Assembly: GCA_964535105.1 (NCBI GenBank)
Contig: CAZHSO010000001.1
Location: forward strand, 1,779-65,778
Length of the DNA: 64,000 nucleotides
DNA from: an uncultured Gemmatimonas sp.
Lineage (GTDB): Bacteria > Gemmatimonadota > Gemmatimonadetes > Gemmatimonadales > GWC2-71-9
Direction: 5' to 3'
Shown one piece after another: positions 63,442 to 64,000 of the stretch; the stretch's first letter is position 1; each line of letters opens with the position of its first letter. Made by a program: the position numbers and the translations under genes. Under the pieces are notes generated by a model that was not told the DNA's origin, searched no databases, and saw only the letters and a list, made by a program, of their open reading frames with translations.

Positions 63442-64000
63442 TCAGGCCGCCGCGGGGGGCCCCCCGGAGACCTGGAAGGCGCAGCTGGGGTGATCGCTCC
63501 GGTCGCAGCACTCGGTCACCTGCTGGCCGGTGATTTCCTCTACGAGCGCCTTGGCGACGGCGCAGACCTCCGGGTGCTTGGCGCTCACCGCCGAGAGCGG
63601 GCAGCCATAGCCCTGCAGCCGCCACCCGTGGTCGGTGCGCTGGACCTCGATATCGCCCCCGAGGCTCCGGAGAGCCGCGGCCGCGGCCTTGACGCGGGCC
63701 TTGGGATCCCTGGACGGCTCCGTCCGCTCCGCCACCCGCTCTCCCACCGCGCGGAGCAGCTCGATGGCCCGCTCCCGCCCCTCGGCCCGGGAGATCTCGT
63801 CCACCAGCCCCGCCAGCACCAGGGCATAGGCTTTGGGGAAGAGCTCCTCCCCCTCCCGGGTGAGCGCATAGACCCCGGCGGGCTTGCCCCTAGCCTCCCG
63901 CCGGGTGCCCACCCGCTCGATCACCCCGTCGCGGTCCAGCGCCGCCACGTGGGTCCGGACCGCGTTGTCGGTCAGCTCCAGCTGCTCGGCGAGCCCGCTG
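63442..64000 (-). CDS. ArsR/HTH_20-type transcriptional regulator with Cys-rich C-terminal domain (5' end outside window)
   Basis: The reading frame is open to the window edge (...LAEQLELTDNAVRTHVAALDRDGVIERVG...GKPAGVYALTREG). C-terminus has CPLSA...EVCAVA...ECCDRSDHPSC. Confidence 0.7.
   Translation of the reverse strand, partial: SGLAEQLELTDNAVRTHVAALDRDGVIERVGTRREARGKPAGVYALTREGEELFPKAYALVLAGLVDEISRAEGRERAIELLRAVGERVAERTEPSRDPKARVKAAAAALRSLGGDIEVQRTDHGWRLQGYGCPLSAVSAKHPEVCAVAKALVEEITGQQVTECCDRSDHPSCAFQVSGGPPAAA

Overview
This is a GC-rich bacterial chromosomal window. The taxon cannot be assigned from the sequence alone. I support about 60 protein genes, two intact tRNAs, two likely pseudogene remnants, one group II intron and several short-repeat families.

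Most of the window is tightly packed housekeeping DNA in long co-directional operons, with many 1-4 nt stop/start overlaps. It includes:
- alaS (5' end outside the window)
- heptose/polysaccharide genes: a PHP phosphatase, a gmhA-like isomerase, an SDR, a heptose-7-P kinase and a GT4 glycosyltransferase
- cca, rarA, hflX, obg and dprA
- hemW-hrcA-dnaJ-prmA-rsmE
- mutS2, dnaG, recJ, rsmD and coaD
- a STAS / anti-sigma kinase / GAF-PP2C partner-switching module
- ksgA, rex, an arginine deiminase-like gene, a DnaQ-like exonuclease, an MBL hydrolase and ggt

The region from 48 to 64 kb looks accessory. It holds methyltransferases, an M20 peptidase, a DUF4198-like protein, two convergent ankyrin proteins, VOC and SnoaL-like proteins, a GH20 hexosaminidase beside a decayed GH29 gene, and a Tat-signal PLP enzyme.

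The most unusual part is 12.2-21.0 kb, between a convergent tRNA(CAU) and tRNA-Val(CAC). Three degenerate 44-nt copies of the tRNA-Val 3' half (anticodon loop to discriminator) lie as direct repeats downstream of the intact gene. They delimit three 2.3-3.3 kb integrase-less cassettes:
- a Big_1-repeat lipoprotein plus an OMP
- an orphan Cys-rich lipoprotein plus a small ORF
- a cytoplasmic GAF-GAF-PAS hybrid histidine kinase

Inside the middle cassette, a 636-nt ORF-less group IIC intron sits directly after a terminator hairpin. An uninterrupted paralogous copy of that hairpin site 1.7 kb away defines the intron ends to the nucleotide.

I saw no CRISPR array, rRNA or recognisable defence system. 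All homology calls come from motif recognition by eye, not from searches.
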